The notes: generated from the sequence alone by a model not told the origin. Numbered from the whole stretch's first letter, positions 26,285 through 40,119 are shown. The stretch is 63,059 bases of DNA, filler included, from Octopus bimaculoides (GCF_001194135.2; 4 parts of 4 records of this genome joined end to end with filler, not necessarily neighbours in it); one strand, 5' to 3'. Program-made: numbers and translations.

Positions 26285-26530
26285 AGACCTTACTCAGCCA
26301 CAAGGTAGATCATGGCAGTGCTCCCATCTAGCGGTCTTATGTCCAGCGTGATCTCTCGTGCACCATGTGTAGCAGAGTGTGTATCGATCGCCATTGTAGA
26401 TTCCAACATACAGATGATTGGGATGCTGCTGGAGGACAGACTTGTTACCTGTATGAAATGACTTGGAGATCCTTTGCAGGAATTAGAAGCCATATGAGAC
26501 GTCATCAGCGTTGTGGAGATCAAAAGTGAA
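26285..26530 (+). mobile_element. RTE-like LINE 3' end with decayed C2H2-type fingers
   Basis: DLSCTMCSRVCIDRHCRFQH and WRSFAGIRSHMRRHQ resemble RTE C-terminal zinc fingers. Confidence 0.45.
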
Positions 26531-28332
26531 GTGTTTCTTAGAGTGAAATAGGTTTAGGAATTGGTCTTACTCGGTCATGAGTCGACTTCCCTCACCTCAC
26601 ATCAGTTATCGTAGTGACAACAGAACAACGTGGGACGAAGGTGATTAGTTCAAGAACAGTGAGCACCTTCCTCTCCAGGAATTGAAACCACTGTCTCACG
26701 ATCGTAACACTCTAACAAGTAAGCAATTCATCCATCCATCCATCTATCCATCCATACATACACCCCCCACGCACATGCGTACACATACACACACTCACCC
26801 CCCCCCACACACACACGCACGCATATACACACACACACAGATAAATTGATAAATAGATAGATATACACACACAAATATATACACGTGNNNNNNNNNNNNN
26901 NNNNNNNNNNNNNNNNNNNNNNNNNNNNNNNNNNNNNNNNNNNNNNNNNNNNNNNNNNNNNNNNNNNNNNNNNNNNNNNNNNNNNNNNNNNNNNNNNNNN
27001 NNNNNNNNNNNNNNNNNNNNNNNNNNNNNNNNNNNNNNNNNNNNNNNNNNNNNNNNNNNNNNNNNNNNNNNNNNNNNNNNNNNNNNNNNNNNNNNNNNNN
27101 NNNNNNNNNNNNNNNNNNNNNNNNNNNNNNNNNNNNNNNNNNNNNNNNNNNNNNNNNNNNNNNNNNNNNNNNNNNNNNNNNNNNNNNNNNNNNNNNNNNN
27201 NNNNNNNNNNNNNNNNNNNNNNNNNNNNNNNNNNNNNNNNNNNNNNNNNNNNNNNNNNNNNNNNNNNNNNNNNNNNNNNNNNNNNNNNNNNNNNNNNNNN
27301 NNNNNNNNNNNNNNNNNNNNNNNNNNNNNNNNNNNNNNNNNNNNNNNNNNNNNNNNNNNNNNNNNNNNNNNNNNNNNNNNNNNNNNNNNNNNNNNNNNNN
27401 NNNNNNNNNNNNNNNNNNNNNNNNNNNNNNNNNNNNNNNNNNNNNNNNNNNNNNNNNNNNNNNNNNNNNNNNNNNNNNNNNNNNNNNNNNNNNNNNNNNN
27501 NNNNNNNNNNNNNNNNNNNNNNNNNNNNNNNNNNNNNNNNNNNNNNNNNNNNNNNNNNNNTATATATATATGTATATATATGTATATATATGTGTGTGTG
27601 CGTGTGCGTGTGTGCGTGTGTGTGTGTGTTTGTGTGTCTGTGTTTGTCCCCCCTAGCATTTCTTGACAACCGATGCTGGTGTGTTTATGTCCCCGTCACA
27701 GCAGTTCGGCAAAAGAGACTGATAGAATAAGTACAAGGCTTACAAAGAATAAGTCCCCGGGTCGATTTGCTCGACTAAAGGCGGTGCTCCAGCATGGCCG
27801 CAGTCAAATGACTGAAACAAGTAAAAGAGTAAAAGAGTATCTGTATGAAGATGTTCCAAGGTGCTCTAACTGCAATTGGATTCAAGGATAGATAATACTG
27901 TAACATTGCTCAAAATGTAGTAAGAGGCAATAGCACAATAGCAGAAATGATGGAGTAGATTGTGTCCATAGTGTGTGTGTGTGTGTGGGGGGGCGGTGTG
28001 TTTTAGACTACTGGGAGAGAACAGGAGCTGTATAGTGTCATTGTTTAAGTGGGATCAAGACGGAACTGAAGAACGGTTAAGGAGTGGAATCTATAACAAT
28101 TAGGGCTAGAAAAGAGAATGTTTCAGCCTAAGGCTGATTTGCAATGACTGGAGGCTAAGTGATGAATAACACAGGCATGCACGTATTCACAAATATATGT
28201 GCGGCCTGATGCAATCATACTTCTACATAAAATACATAACATATAAACACACATGGCCAAATAAAGACCACACGTACATACATACATACACACAAACACG
28301 CCCACCCATATATATATATATATATATATATA

Positions 28333-28432
28333 NNNNNNNNNNNNNNNNNNNNNNNNNNNNNNNNNNNNNNNNNNNNTTAATTAATTAANNNNNNNNNNNN
28401 NNNNNNNNNNNNNNNNNNNNNNNNNNNNNNNN
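28333..28432. other. Synthetic scaffold join (44 N + TTAATTAATTAA + 44 N); also at 52443-52542 and 60570-60669
   Basis: Identical 100-bp construct three times; the 12-mer has stop codons in all six frames. Confidence 0.95.
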
Positions 28433-28665
28433 TACTTGCCATGCAGAGGTTTCTGTTCCCATCTGCTAGCTAATTTTTCATGTGCTTTTGTCTTTGCAAT
28501 TAATTTTATTTTCTTTGCAGCAGCAGTTGGCGCACTTCCTTCAACCTGATCAAGTTGGTGGATATCTAAGAGTTCGGTAGCGAATTTTTTTGCTCTCTTT
28601 CAGAATAGAGTGAAGTCTTTTCGGTCTTTCATGTTTTTCAACAAGTTTCAGCATCCAATCGTTGG

Positions 28666-28668
<3 letters not shown>
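28433..28668 (-). mobile_element. R4/Dong-like fragment (post-RT region)
   Basis: NDWMLKLVEKHERPKRLHSILKESKK followed by a decayed W.QKPLHGK-type motif; parallels 7500-7850. Confidence 0.6.
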
Positions 28669-28716
<48 letters not shown>

Positions 28717-28996
28717 GATCATCATCATTGTCATTATTATTATTATTGGTAAGGCGGCGAGTTGGCAGACTCATTAGTGCGCTGAACGAAATACTTAGCG
28801 GTTTTTCGCCCGTTGCTAAGTTGTGAGTTCAAATTCCACTGAGGTTGACTTCGCCTTTCATCCTTTCGGGGTCGATTAATTAAATACCTGTGAAACACTG
28901 GGGACGATGTGATCGACATGTCCCCTTCCCCAGAATTTCAGGCTTTGTACCAATATTAGAAATGATTATTATTATTATTATTATTGATAAACTTAC

Positions 28997-29131
28997 TGAA
29001 CACAGGCAGGTAATTATTTGGACACAGTAGAATAGAATAAGGTAGAGACCTCAGGTAACGCGTCAGTACTTCTGCTATGTCGTAAGGTGTGTATCTTGCC
29101 TGTTTGATGTAATGAGATGCTGTGAAGCTAC
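28997..29131 (-). CDS. Exon (135 nt, phase 1-1): CSFTASHYIKQARYTPYDIAEVLTRYLRSLPYSILLCPNNYLPVF, RhoGAP core
   Basis: Acceptor tctttctgtttcctcttcAG, donor GTAAGT. DIAEVLTRYLRSLPYSIL matches the RhoGAP xIAxxLKxYxRxLPxPL motif. Confidence 0.92.
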
Positions 29132-30887
29132 CTGAAGAGGAAACAGAAAGACATTAATGAAGAAATAGACACATTATTGTGATTAGGATATATTAGTTAT
29201 AAGCTGTTAGATAATTTATCAGCAAAGCCTGACGATGATAAACTGATCAGAAATCAGGTGCTTCGGTAAATATACTGTTTCGACAAAACGCATGAGTTTA
29301 CTCCCGAGGTTCGATCCCAGAAAACCTATGTTTGGTTTCAAATCCGAGCGGGTAACAGATATAAGTATCAACCAAATAGTGGAATCAATACAACTCACCT
29401 TTCGCATCAATTTGTATCAGCATTTTTATATATTTTCTGGGGTTTTTTTTTTATTAGTTGACCAAACAGTAAAATACAGCGACAATGCCCATTTTCAGTA
29501 CTTCTGTGACTGGCGAGAGAAAGGGAACAAGTGATTTTCAACACGTGGAATCCACTACAGGAATCCAAGAGTTAAAGGTGCTGTTGAATCGCACCATTCC
29601 AAAAATAATAACAATCCTGCCGACAGACTTCCACACAGCCTAACAAATTTCATTTACAAGGCCTTCATCGACCCAAAGCATATTCTAGAAGACAGTAGCT
29701 GATGATACCACGCAATGGGATTCGAACCCGAAAACCCGTAGTTCTGAAATTAATTTCTTAACCACACAGTCATGCCTAATTTGTAGGATGCAAACAGTGT
29801 GTTCAAACCTTAGCAATACCTATCTTTTACTTGCTTCAGTGAAACAAATCGACCTCAGGACTTTTGTTTTTATAATCTGGTACTTTTGCTGAAGTTCTAA
29901 GTTACCAAGACGTAAATAAACTTAACACCGGCTGTCAAGCGATGAGAGGGGCAGATACAAGCACACACACATACAGAGAGAGAGAGAGAGGCACACACAC
30001 ATGTATGTATGTGTGTATGTATACGATGGGCTACTTTTAGTTTTCAGCTACTTTATCGACTCAAACAAACCCGCGGGTTACAGTGGAAGACACTCGCCCA
30101 ATGTGCCACGTAGTGGAACTGAAACTGAAACCATATGGTTGGGAAATAAACTTCTTACCAGACAGCCAAGGCTGCCAATAAGTTAAACTTTTAAGGCAGC
30201 GAGCTAACAGAAACGTTAGCACGCCGGGCGAAATGCTTAGCGGTATTTCGCCTGTCTTTACGTTCTGAGTTCAAATTCCGCTGAGGTTTACTTTGCCTTT
30301 CATCCTTTCGGAATAAATAAATTAAGTACCAGCCGCGTACTAGGGTCGATCTAATCGACTGGTCCCTAACTCCAAACCTTAACCCCCAAAATTTCGGGCC
30401 TTGTGCCTAGAGTAGAAAAGAATAAGTTACAATATTTGATCTTTCGATATAACAGTCGGGCATCTTAATGTCATTCAAATTCAGGGACCACCTGGGTGAC
30501 CTGTTTCATTAACTGTTGAATATTAGTTTGCTATGATAAGANNNNNNNNNNNNNNNNNNNNNNNNNNNNNNNNNNNNNNNNNNNNNNNNNNNNNNNNNNN
30601 NNNNNNNNNNNNNNNNNNNNNNNNNNNNNNNNNNNNNNNNNNNNNNNNNNNNNNNNNNNNNNNNNNNNNNNNNNNNNNNNNNNNNNNNNNNNNNNNNNNN
30701 NNNNNNNNNNNNNNNNNNNNNNNNNNNNNNNNNNNNNNNNNNNNNNNNNNNNNNNNNNNNNNNNNNNNNNNNNNNNNNNNNNNNNNNNNNNNNNNNNNNN
30801 NNNNNNNNNNNNNNNNNNNNNNNNNNNNNNNNNNNNNNNNNNNNNNNNNNNNNNNNNNNNNNNNNNNNNNNNNNNNNNNNNNNNNNN

Positions 30888-30932
<45 letters not shown>

Positions 30933-33900
30933 ATATGTTTGTGTCTCTGTCCCCCCAACATCGCTTGACAACCGATGCTGGTGTGTTTACGTCCCCGTAA
31001 CTTAGCGGTTCGGCTAAAGAGACCAATAGAATAAGTACTAGGCTTACAAAGAATAAGTCCTGGGGTCGATTTGCTCGACTAAAGGCGGTGCTCCAGCATG
31101 GCCGCAGTCAAATGACTGAAACAAGTAAAAGAGTACTATATCGTTGTATTAGCTAAATTTTGTTGTAGAAACGTATTTCATTGGATTATAGTAATATACA
31201 AACAAACAAGAGGACCTCTTCACGTCCGCTAAAAATAGCAATTAAATCTCTTTCAAATCACACTTCCTCCTTAAAAGGATACTGATGCACTACATACATT
31301 ATACAGTGTTTCCGTCCCCTTTTCTGCAGACTACTTGAAAGAAAAAGATAGTGTGTTTATGGATGGATCGCCTTTTATCAACGAGAGCTGTCTTGGGTCT
31401 ACGCAACAGAAAAACTAGAACATAGAGCGTTAAATTAATTTCTTACAGTATAGGTCATTTGAACGTGAATTTTTTTTTTCTTTTTGGAAGGATAGGGTGT
31501 GTACAGTTACAAGGCAGTACCTACAGCACACAAGCCTCGGAGCATTTGCATGCAGTGTTTCAATATAGCAACAAACCAATCAACAATTTTACAGTGCTAC
31601 CATTTTGTGCCATTGCCGTGTGTAAAAACAACAGCAACGGAAAGAGAAGCAGCAGTAGCAACACTGGAAGAACAGATTAAGACGAAAACAAAGAAGGATA
31701 CTTTATTTAATACTCTAATACTTACAAATATCAAAGACGGCAACTAGATCATTCACTCTTGTGTCATCTCCACGCATTATGTAAATAAATGACGTGTCCA
31801 AACCTTCGAGGAAAACAGAAAAATTAAAAGTGAGAGCTGCCATATGCAGGCATTATTTACATGTTACATGAAAACATCTGTACAATGAAAGGAAACAGCA
31901 ATAAAGCACCTCCTCCAACGTTACGTTTGAAGTTTGCAGAAGAAAGTTACTGCATTTGTAGATGTATATTTGGAGTATCTACATGACAACAGTACAGGTC
32001 TCAACAATATTCCTTCTAAAATGTATTTACTTGAATCATATTGTAAAGTAATTTTTAAAATAACAGCAAAACATTAAAGGGAGGCTTAAGGCTAAGTCTA
32101 GAAAAATGTATTAAAAAATTCGTTTTGATCGCAACTTTTAAGTTTCGCTTGACGGTTTATTCAACCAGTGATGAATAATTAAATATATTATACGATTGAG
32201 AAGAAAGAGAGGGAAGTGGGAGTTTTCCCTTAATGGCTGCAACCTTAAACTCCCATCTATCTATCTATCCATCTCTCTTTCTTCCCCCTCCTCTTTTCTA
32301 GCAAAACCACCTTACGCCCACTCCTAAATATTTAACCGCTTTCTTTCCTTTTCTTCTCATTGCATTATCAAATCTTCAGAGATGTACAATTTTCATTTGT
32401 AATTTTAGGTATGCTTGTTGCATTAGTGAAAACGTTACAATCACTGCTACTGCAATAACTGTGAAATGCGATTAAGGACAGAGTTTACATAGTTGGCATC
32501 TAGTGGAGAAGTGCCATGCACATATGTGTGTATGTGTGTATGGATGTGTAATCGTACCATCCTGCCTTTAGCACTATAAATGAACCAATCCAATCGTATA
32601 ACTTTTCTAAGCTAGCTGATAATTTTACAGAAAAGGTTCTGGTTACTAAAAAGTGTGGGAGAAATAAGACATAACTTTCGACTGACTCAAAAAACAACTG
32701 ACGTTCCTAAAGTTCGTGTTAGCTTTTGTGTAGTCTTGTGAAGGTTTATGAATAACATAGCCTAGTTATACGAGTGGGGTGGGGAATATTAATAACACTA
32801 ACATCGAAGAGTTAATAAAACTACAATGTCTTACCTCTTTGTTCTATTTCCTCAATACAGCTCGTTACAATCAGGGGAATCTTTCGCTCTTCACGCCTTT
32901 TCAAAACAATAAGGATGAATAACAACAACAATAATAATAATAATGATAATAATAATAATGATGACGATAAGGATGGCAATTTCCTTTATTTGCCACCAGA
33001 CCGAAGGATGAGGGGAACAATATGAAGACAGACATAAAGTGTGGAGGTTTACGTATAATAAAACGATGAAGACAAAGTTTTAAAAAGTATATATATATAT
33101 TTAAAAAATTCACTCGAGGACAGCACCACCCTCTCCACCCTCGCTTACCTTAACAAGTAAAACTTTAAAAAGACGATGAGGGCTCTACCAAAAAAGAATT
33201 TCTCTGTCCGCATGCCTTTCAACCTCGTTCACCAGACAACCTCTTTAGTCACAGCCACCAAGCAAAGGAGAACTACCTTATCTTCCCAATCAAAGGAAGG
33301 CGGCGGGGCAATCATCTCTATTGATTCTTATTTCTTTACTGCCCAAAAGGGGCTACACACAGAGGGGGCAAACAAGGACAGACAAACGGATTAAGTCGAT
33401 TATATCGACCTCAATGCGTAAGTGGTACTTATTTAATCGACCCCGAAAGGATGAAAGGCAAAGTCAACCTCGGCGGAATTTGAACTCAGAACGTAGGAGA
33501 CAGACGAAGTACCGCTAAGCTTTTCGTTAGGCGCGCCAACGATTCCGGCATGCCAACGATTCCGGCATGCCAAAGATTCCGGCATGCCAACGATTCCGAC
33601 ATGCCAACGATTCCGGCATGCCAACGATTCTGCCAGCTCGCAGCCTTTCTAATGATAATGATAATGATGGTTTCAAATTTTGGGACAAGGCCATAAGAAA
33701 AATAAAAACGAGATTCAAACCCAACCCGACCTCAGAAAATTAAATAGTAGATAACCATCACATGGCCTTACTCACTTCAAAACATCCTTTATGCATTGGC
33801 CGAACACTTTTCCACGCATGCGCCACATACGTAGAACATCGTCGTTAGAGGAATCTAACATAGTCCGCTGTTTCTCTTTGAATTCGTGAGCGAAAAATCG

Positions 33901-34595
33901 CACTGACATGACCAGGTATAGTCTCTGCAAGACAGAGTGAGAGTAAAGCATTGAGGAAGTCAAGGAAATGAGATAAGTGTTTTAGTTGTTGTTGTGGAGG
34001 ATGGGATCGGCATTTCGTTTTGTTTGTTTGAGGTCATTGTTGGCATCGTTGTGTTATGGTCTGTTCTGAAATTCTTTGAGAGTCTAACAAACAGAAAGAT
34101 ACAAGACTGACAGCTAGTCAACTAGCAGTGTATCTTACTGGAAGTAAATACAAAGATGAGCAGCTAAAGAAAGACAAAGATACATGCACCACCCATACGT
34201 TTACATAAAAGATGTATGTTCGTTTCTTTTTTGCATCTGTTATATTTCATTATTGATCTGCTATATTAATGAAGATATATCCTTTAATTTGCTGCTTTTC
34301 TTTAAACGAACTGAGATGATATGATACTTTGCAGAACTGTAATTTTAACGAGTTATATCTATTTATCACCCGAAGAGACACATCTACACCGTCGGATGTT
34401 CTCGAATCAGTCATTAAGTATCCCATCCGTGAGGAGTCGATGCTAGATGGGTCGAAACAATTGTAGTGATTAATAAAAATTCTTGATTCTTCCATCTTCC
34501 GTCTCTCTCGTTAACCAAATGCACAACGAACAGAGTGAAAGCGAACGTGCTTTACTGGTAACCTACCAGGTATAAACCATATCATTTATTATATA

Positions 34596-34659
<64 letters not shown>

Positions 34660-35717
34660 NNNNNNNNNNNNNNNNNNNNNNNNNNNNNNNNNNNNNNNNN
34701 NNNNNNNNNNNNNNNNNNNNNNNNNNNNNNNNNNNNNNNNNNNNNNNNNNNNNNNNNNNNNNNNNNNNNNNNNNNNNNNNNNNNNNNNNNNNNNNNNNNN
34801 NNNNNNNNNNNNNNNNNNNNNNNNNNNNNNNNNNNNNNNNNNNNNNNCAAGGACAAACAATTCGCGAGAAAAAATATAATTCTCGAAAATTAATTTGCTA
34901 AAATATTAATTTTGTTATCATCAGAAATGACTATTTAAAAAAATGATAATAACAGAATTAATAATATAGGTGATCGCAGGCCCAAGAAAAGCATTAAATA
35001 GCTGAAGGATTAAAATTAAAATTAATCAAAGGACAAACTAGGTATGTCTACTTGCTGGAAATAACAGTCAAAACTTATTTAAAGCGCCAAAGTTACACTG
35101 ATGATAACTACAGAAACCAACCGAAGAAGATCAGGTTAATAAAATCTCCTAACGTACATTTAAGTATAAGGAATCAAATAATATGATAAAATGATAAAAT
35201 GACGGGACGGCGACTGTGGGAAAGCCATTTAATGTATCGCTAAATGATCTGCTTCAACGGACCTGACCTGACGTGAAATAACAATAACAAAAGAAGAGGA
35301 AGGGATACAGGAAAAGAAAATAAATAAAAACAAATAAGAAGCCACGTAGCAACACTTACAGAATCGGCTGGTATCAACGGGACGGTAACCAAGCAGTAGT
35401 GATCGCTGAGATATGCTGTGTGGAGCTGACAACAAAAGATAATTTAAGATTGAGACCCTTCTATTCGCCGTAACACTCGGTTATATTACATTTCTGCTAT
35501 AGGCACAAGGTCCGAAATTTGTGGGGTCAGGGACCAGTCGATTAGATATACACCCCACCCCCCACATCCAGTACGAAACTGGTACTTAATTTATCGACCC
35601 CGAAATGATGAAAGGCAAAGTCGACTTCGTCGGAATTTGAACTCAGAACGTAGCAGCAAAAGAAATACCGCTAAGCATTCCGCCCATCGTGCTAATGATT
35701 CTGCCAGCTCACCAATA

Positions 35718-35763
<46 letters not shown>

Positions 35764-37935
35764 GTGTGTGTGTGTGTGCGCGTGTGTGTGCGCGTGTGTG
35801 ACGTCGCTTTCGCGTGACTGATGACATATAACCCATTTCAACGTTTTGCATGGTTGAGTCGTCGGCGACTAAACCGGCAACCCCATCCAATTTGGCTTAG
35901 TGAGGAAGGTGATTTTTTTTTTAGCGAAGGGGCACCCTGAGGGATGGAAAAGAAGACTCGTAGAAGGGTGGAGGAACTCAGCAGAGTTAATAGCCATCCA
36001 TAATAGTCATGGGTAGATGGTACCCATCAGTCGTGTGAAGACAAGCCATATAGTAGAATGAAATCGCGAGAAAGGGTTTTATTTCAGAGATTTTTATGAA
36101 CACATGCTTACAAACTGATGATCGTTCTGGCTCAGGCACTATTGGTAACGCGAAGCAATGGAATCCCAAACATTAGGAAACATTTTGTTCGATAGTTGTG
36201 CGCACTCTAGTTCAATATCGTCGACTGTCGGCAGTTGCAATCATACTTTTTTAAGTACTTCCCCTTTTAAAAATTTTTAGTGGTGTGAGGTCTGTTGAAC
36301 ACGGAGGGTTTTCAACTGAACCCTTTCTTTCAATTAATCTATTTGACAAAATCTCATCAAAGTAGGCCGTTACATTACTACAGCAGTGGTGAGGTGTCCC
36401 ATCTTGTTGGAAATATTAAAAGATCAAATACGACAGACATTATTGTTGACAAACAGTTGAAACATAGCGTCCTATATGTGCTGATTGTCAATTTAATTAT
36501 CACTGAATTTGAGATCACGTGTTAATAACTGAGAGTACCTGGACATTTTGATATTAAAAGAAGACAAGATCGCGAGCTGGTAGAATTGTTAGCACGCCGG
36601 GTGCAATGCTCAACAGCATTTCATCCATCTTTACGTTCTGAGTTCAAATACGGCCGAGATCAACTTTGCCCTTCATCCTTTCGGGGTCGATAGATATCAA
36701 TTGAGTACTGGGTTCGATGTAATTGATTTACTCTCTCCTAAAATTTCTGGCCTTGTACCAAAATTTGTAATCGTTATTAAAACGAGACAAGATAGCGAAC
36801 GGGCAGAATCATAACGCGCCGGACAAATTGCTTAGCGGCATTTTTTCCGGCTTTACGTTCTAAGTTCAAATTCCGTCGAGGTCGACTTTGCTTTTCATCC
36901 ATTTGGGATCGATAAACTCACGTAAAACTTGTTGGGAAAATAATGATAATATTGGTTTAAAAGTTTTGACGCAAGGCTACCAATTTCGAAGGAGGGGGCA
37001 CGTCGATTACATGACCCCAGCGCTCAGCTGGTACTTAAATTATCAACGCCGAAAGGATAAAAGGTAAAGTCGACCTCAGTAAAATTTGAACTCGAGAACG
37101 GACGAAACACTGTTAAGCATTTTGCTCGGCGTGCTAATGATTGCGCCAGCTCATCGCCTTGAGTACAATAATAATATGTCTGAAGTAAAAATCCAAATGC
37201 AATTAGAAAAATAAACATTAAATAGAAAGCATAAATAAAAATATTCTAATTACAATAATGATGCAAAACGAAATTTAAAAAACAAAACTTGCTAAATGTG
37301 ATTTGGGGTCCGGCAACAAATCGCAAACTTTTGTCTATTTACTTCGAATGTACCCATAGCGAAAAACTGGAAATCCTGGAATGTGCTTGGGTTACGTTTG
37401 TAGGCGTTGATCCTCAACGTTTGAGAACAGTTCAATGATATTTCAAACTTCTGATCAAAAATTAGGTCTCTGCTCATTTTTGTGATGTCACTTGTGAAAA
37501 CTCTGGAGAAAAATCCGCCTAAGTAGTCGACTTGCAAGGTTAAAAATACGTCTGCTGGAAATATGGTAAGAAGAAAAATACAATTGTAGAAAGTCGTACG
37601 TATAAAAGTTACAAAGATATGTTGGGTATGTGGTAAAATGATTTGGGTCTAAGTTGCAACGGATGTGATGGGAATATCGATTAAAAGACAATAAAACAAG
37701 TGTATTAGTATTATTTTTATTTTTTACTTGTTTCTGTCATTGGATTGCGGCCAGGCTGTGGCACCGTCTTGAATGGTTCAGTCGAAGAAATTGATCCCAG
37801 TACTTACATGCTCTTTAAAGTTTGCTATTTATCTATAGTTAACATTTGCCGACCCGCTAAGTTACAGGAAAATAAACAAACTCCGGTGTGAAGAGGTGAG
37901 GTGACAAACATACATATTAAAAAGGCATACACGTA

Positions 37936-37987
<52 letters not shown>

Positions 37988-38089
37988 TACATACATACAT
38001 ACATACATACTGCCTTACTGACTAAAGTAACTAACCATTGTCCCCTACTATAACTATGGTAAATAGCAGGCACAACCACAACGATTACT

Positions 38090-38174
<85 letters not shown>

Positions 38175-40088
38175 AAGTAGTCCGGATTATATATTTGTCA
38201 TATATGCCTTACTGAAATTTTTCCAGAAAAAATAACTTTGACTTTGAAGTACTCTCTCCTTGAGAGAGTATTCCCTGCCAAAGTAAGTGAAAAACCCCAC
38301 CAGATACGGTATTAAAAGCTATTAACGAAATTGGAGTATTTACAGCAGTGTAATGAACCCTCATTCTGGCAGATTAACGCCTGTCTATATTCCCTGTCTA
38401 CATAAACGACATTTAAAAAGTGAACAAAACCCAAACAACGAAGAAAGTGCCATCATAGGGTTTGAAGACAGAGAAAAAGATAGGACATTTGCGGAAAACC
38501 ATCAGGCATGTGATGATGCTCATTGCGTGCAAACAAGCAAATCACTATATGTTTCACCAAGAAGAAGTGAAGAAGGAGATAGAAGTGATGTTTGGAAACA
38601 GCAAAAGGAGGTCACTCACTTGCAAACTAATCATCCTCAAGCAGGAGCTAAAAGCTGTCAGTGAGAAACTCCGACATCAGAAGAGAATAACCGAGAGAAA
38701 ACAATAAACGAAAAATTTAATTGGAACCACGCAGCAGTGTACAGACATGAAAGGTAAAGCAGTCAGCATCACAGGAGTTCCTTCACCAGAAGACATAGAC
38801 TCCTTCTAGAAGAAAATCTGGAGTGAAGAGGAGTTTAACCAAGATGCTCTGTGGCTGGAAGAAATTCGAAGTTATTGTCCATGCATTACACCCAAGACAT
38901 ACATCTTTGATGGTGATACCTTTGTAAATGTGACCCAGAAACTTCAGGATGGAAAAGCACATCCCTTCAGCAATATCTTTTAACTACCAAGTGTCGAAGT
39001 GCATCCCTTGACCAAGTTTGCATACATGAAGCTGATAACATCATAAGACTTGGAAAGCAGTTCCTTGAGCAGCGTTCCTTGTCTGATAACCTTAAATACA
39101 TACCCAAAGAAGTTGCACAACTCTACCGCAACATACCATTAGAGGAAAAGATGAACGTATATAAGCAGAAGACCATGCGTGGATATGTTTGTAGAAAGCT
39201 CCTGGATGTTAGTAGCATTGATCATCAAAGCAATCTATCATGGACCAACAAACGGGTTACTAACTTCCACTTTGAAAGGTATGCATTTGCAATCCAGGAA
39301 CAAGAAATATCAACTTGATACACAAAAAGGACAGAGATGCATGAAAAGCAGCAAAATGCGATAACCTATGCAGACTTTGTGGAGTTAACACCAAAGATAT
39401 CACCCACATCATAAGCAGCTGTTTGCAAATGTCATCACGGTATTATCTGCCGATGAGATACGATGTTGTAGCTAGGTTACTGTATAACGAAATCCGTTGG
39501 AAGGATAAACCTGAGTACAAAGAAGTAAGAACCTACAGTATGGCGGAAGTTATAGCCACTCCTAATTAAAAGGAATACTGGTGGAATGTCCCAGTGAAAA
39601 CCTCAATAAAATGTAAACATAATAGACCTGACGTAGTAGTTTGGGACAAAGAGAAACTGGGCACAGCTGTGGAAATCAACTGCCCAGCAGATGTTAGCAT
39701 AAAGCTAAAGATCAGCGAAAAAGAAAATACCCACACTGAACTATTGAGAAATCTACAGTCACTCTATCCAGATTACATGTTCAGGTTTACACCTGTAACT
39801 ATTGGGCCACTGGGACATGTAACACACTGCCTAAATACCAATCTTGAGAAATTAGGCTTCTCAAAACCAGAAAGGAGAAAGCTGGTTTGAAAACTACGGA
39901 TCCAAGCCATCACTGGAATTGTAAAAATTGGTAAAACTTTCCAGAAGTTCATCATGTAAGTATATATATGAGCATGTCTAGACTTGCAAGTATATGCATG
40001 AGAAGACAAAACAAAACATATAAATCAAAAAATATAAAACAAAAACATATAAATCTGCACATATAATACAGTCATGCATACATGCATG

Positions 40089-40119
<31 letters not shown>

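Noticed and set aside
29131-29150. CTGAAGAGGAAAC hammerhead-like string; also CTGATGA at 36116 and CTGACGA at 29229
   Set aside because: The first is the reverse complement of a splice acceptor. The second overlaps a micro-exon candidate and lacks GAAAC. The third lacks helix III.
29399-29510. Segment with strong acceptor and GTGAGT donor
   Set aside because: Stops occur in all three frames; it could only be a non-coding or poison inclusion, and there is no other support.
31335-31398. Minus-strand exon candidate YPRQLSLIKGDPSINTLSFSF, and plus-strand candidate DYLKEKDSVF...* on the same bases
   Set aside because: The donor is poor (GTAGTC), and the 29131 exon already supplies this part of the GAP domain in the correct phase. 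The plus-strand reading has no partner exons.
38213-38274. 62-nt exon candidate with good splice sites
   Set aside because: Its phases do not fit between the 41295 donor and the 37554 acceptor; it abuts a LINE relic.
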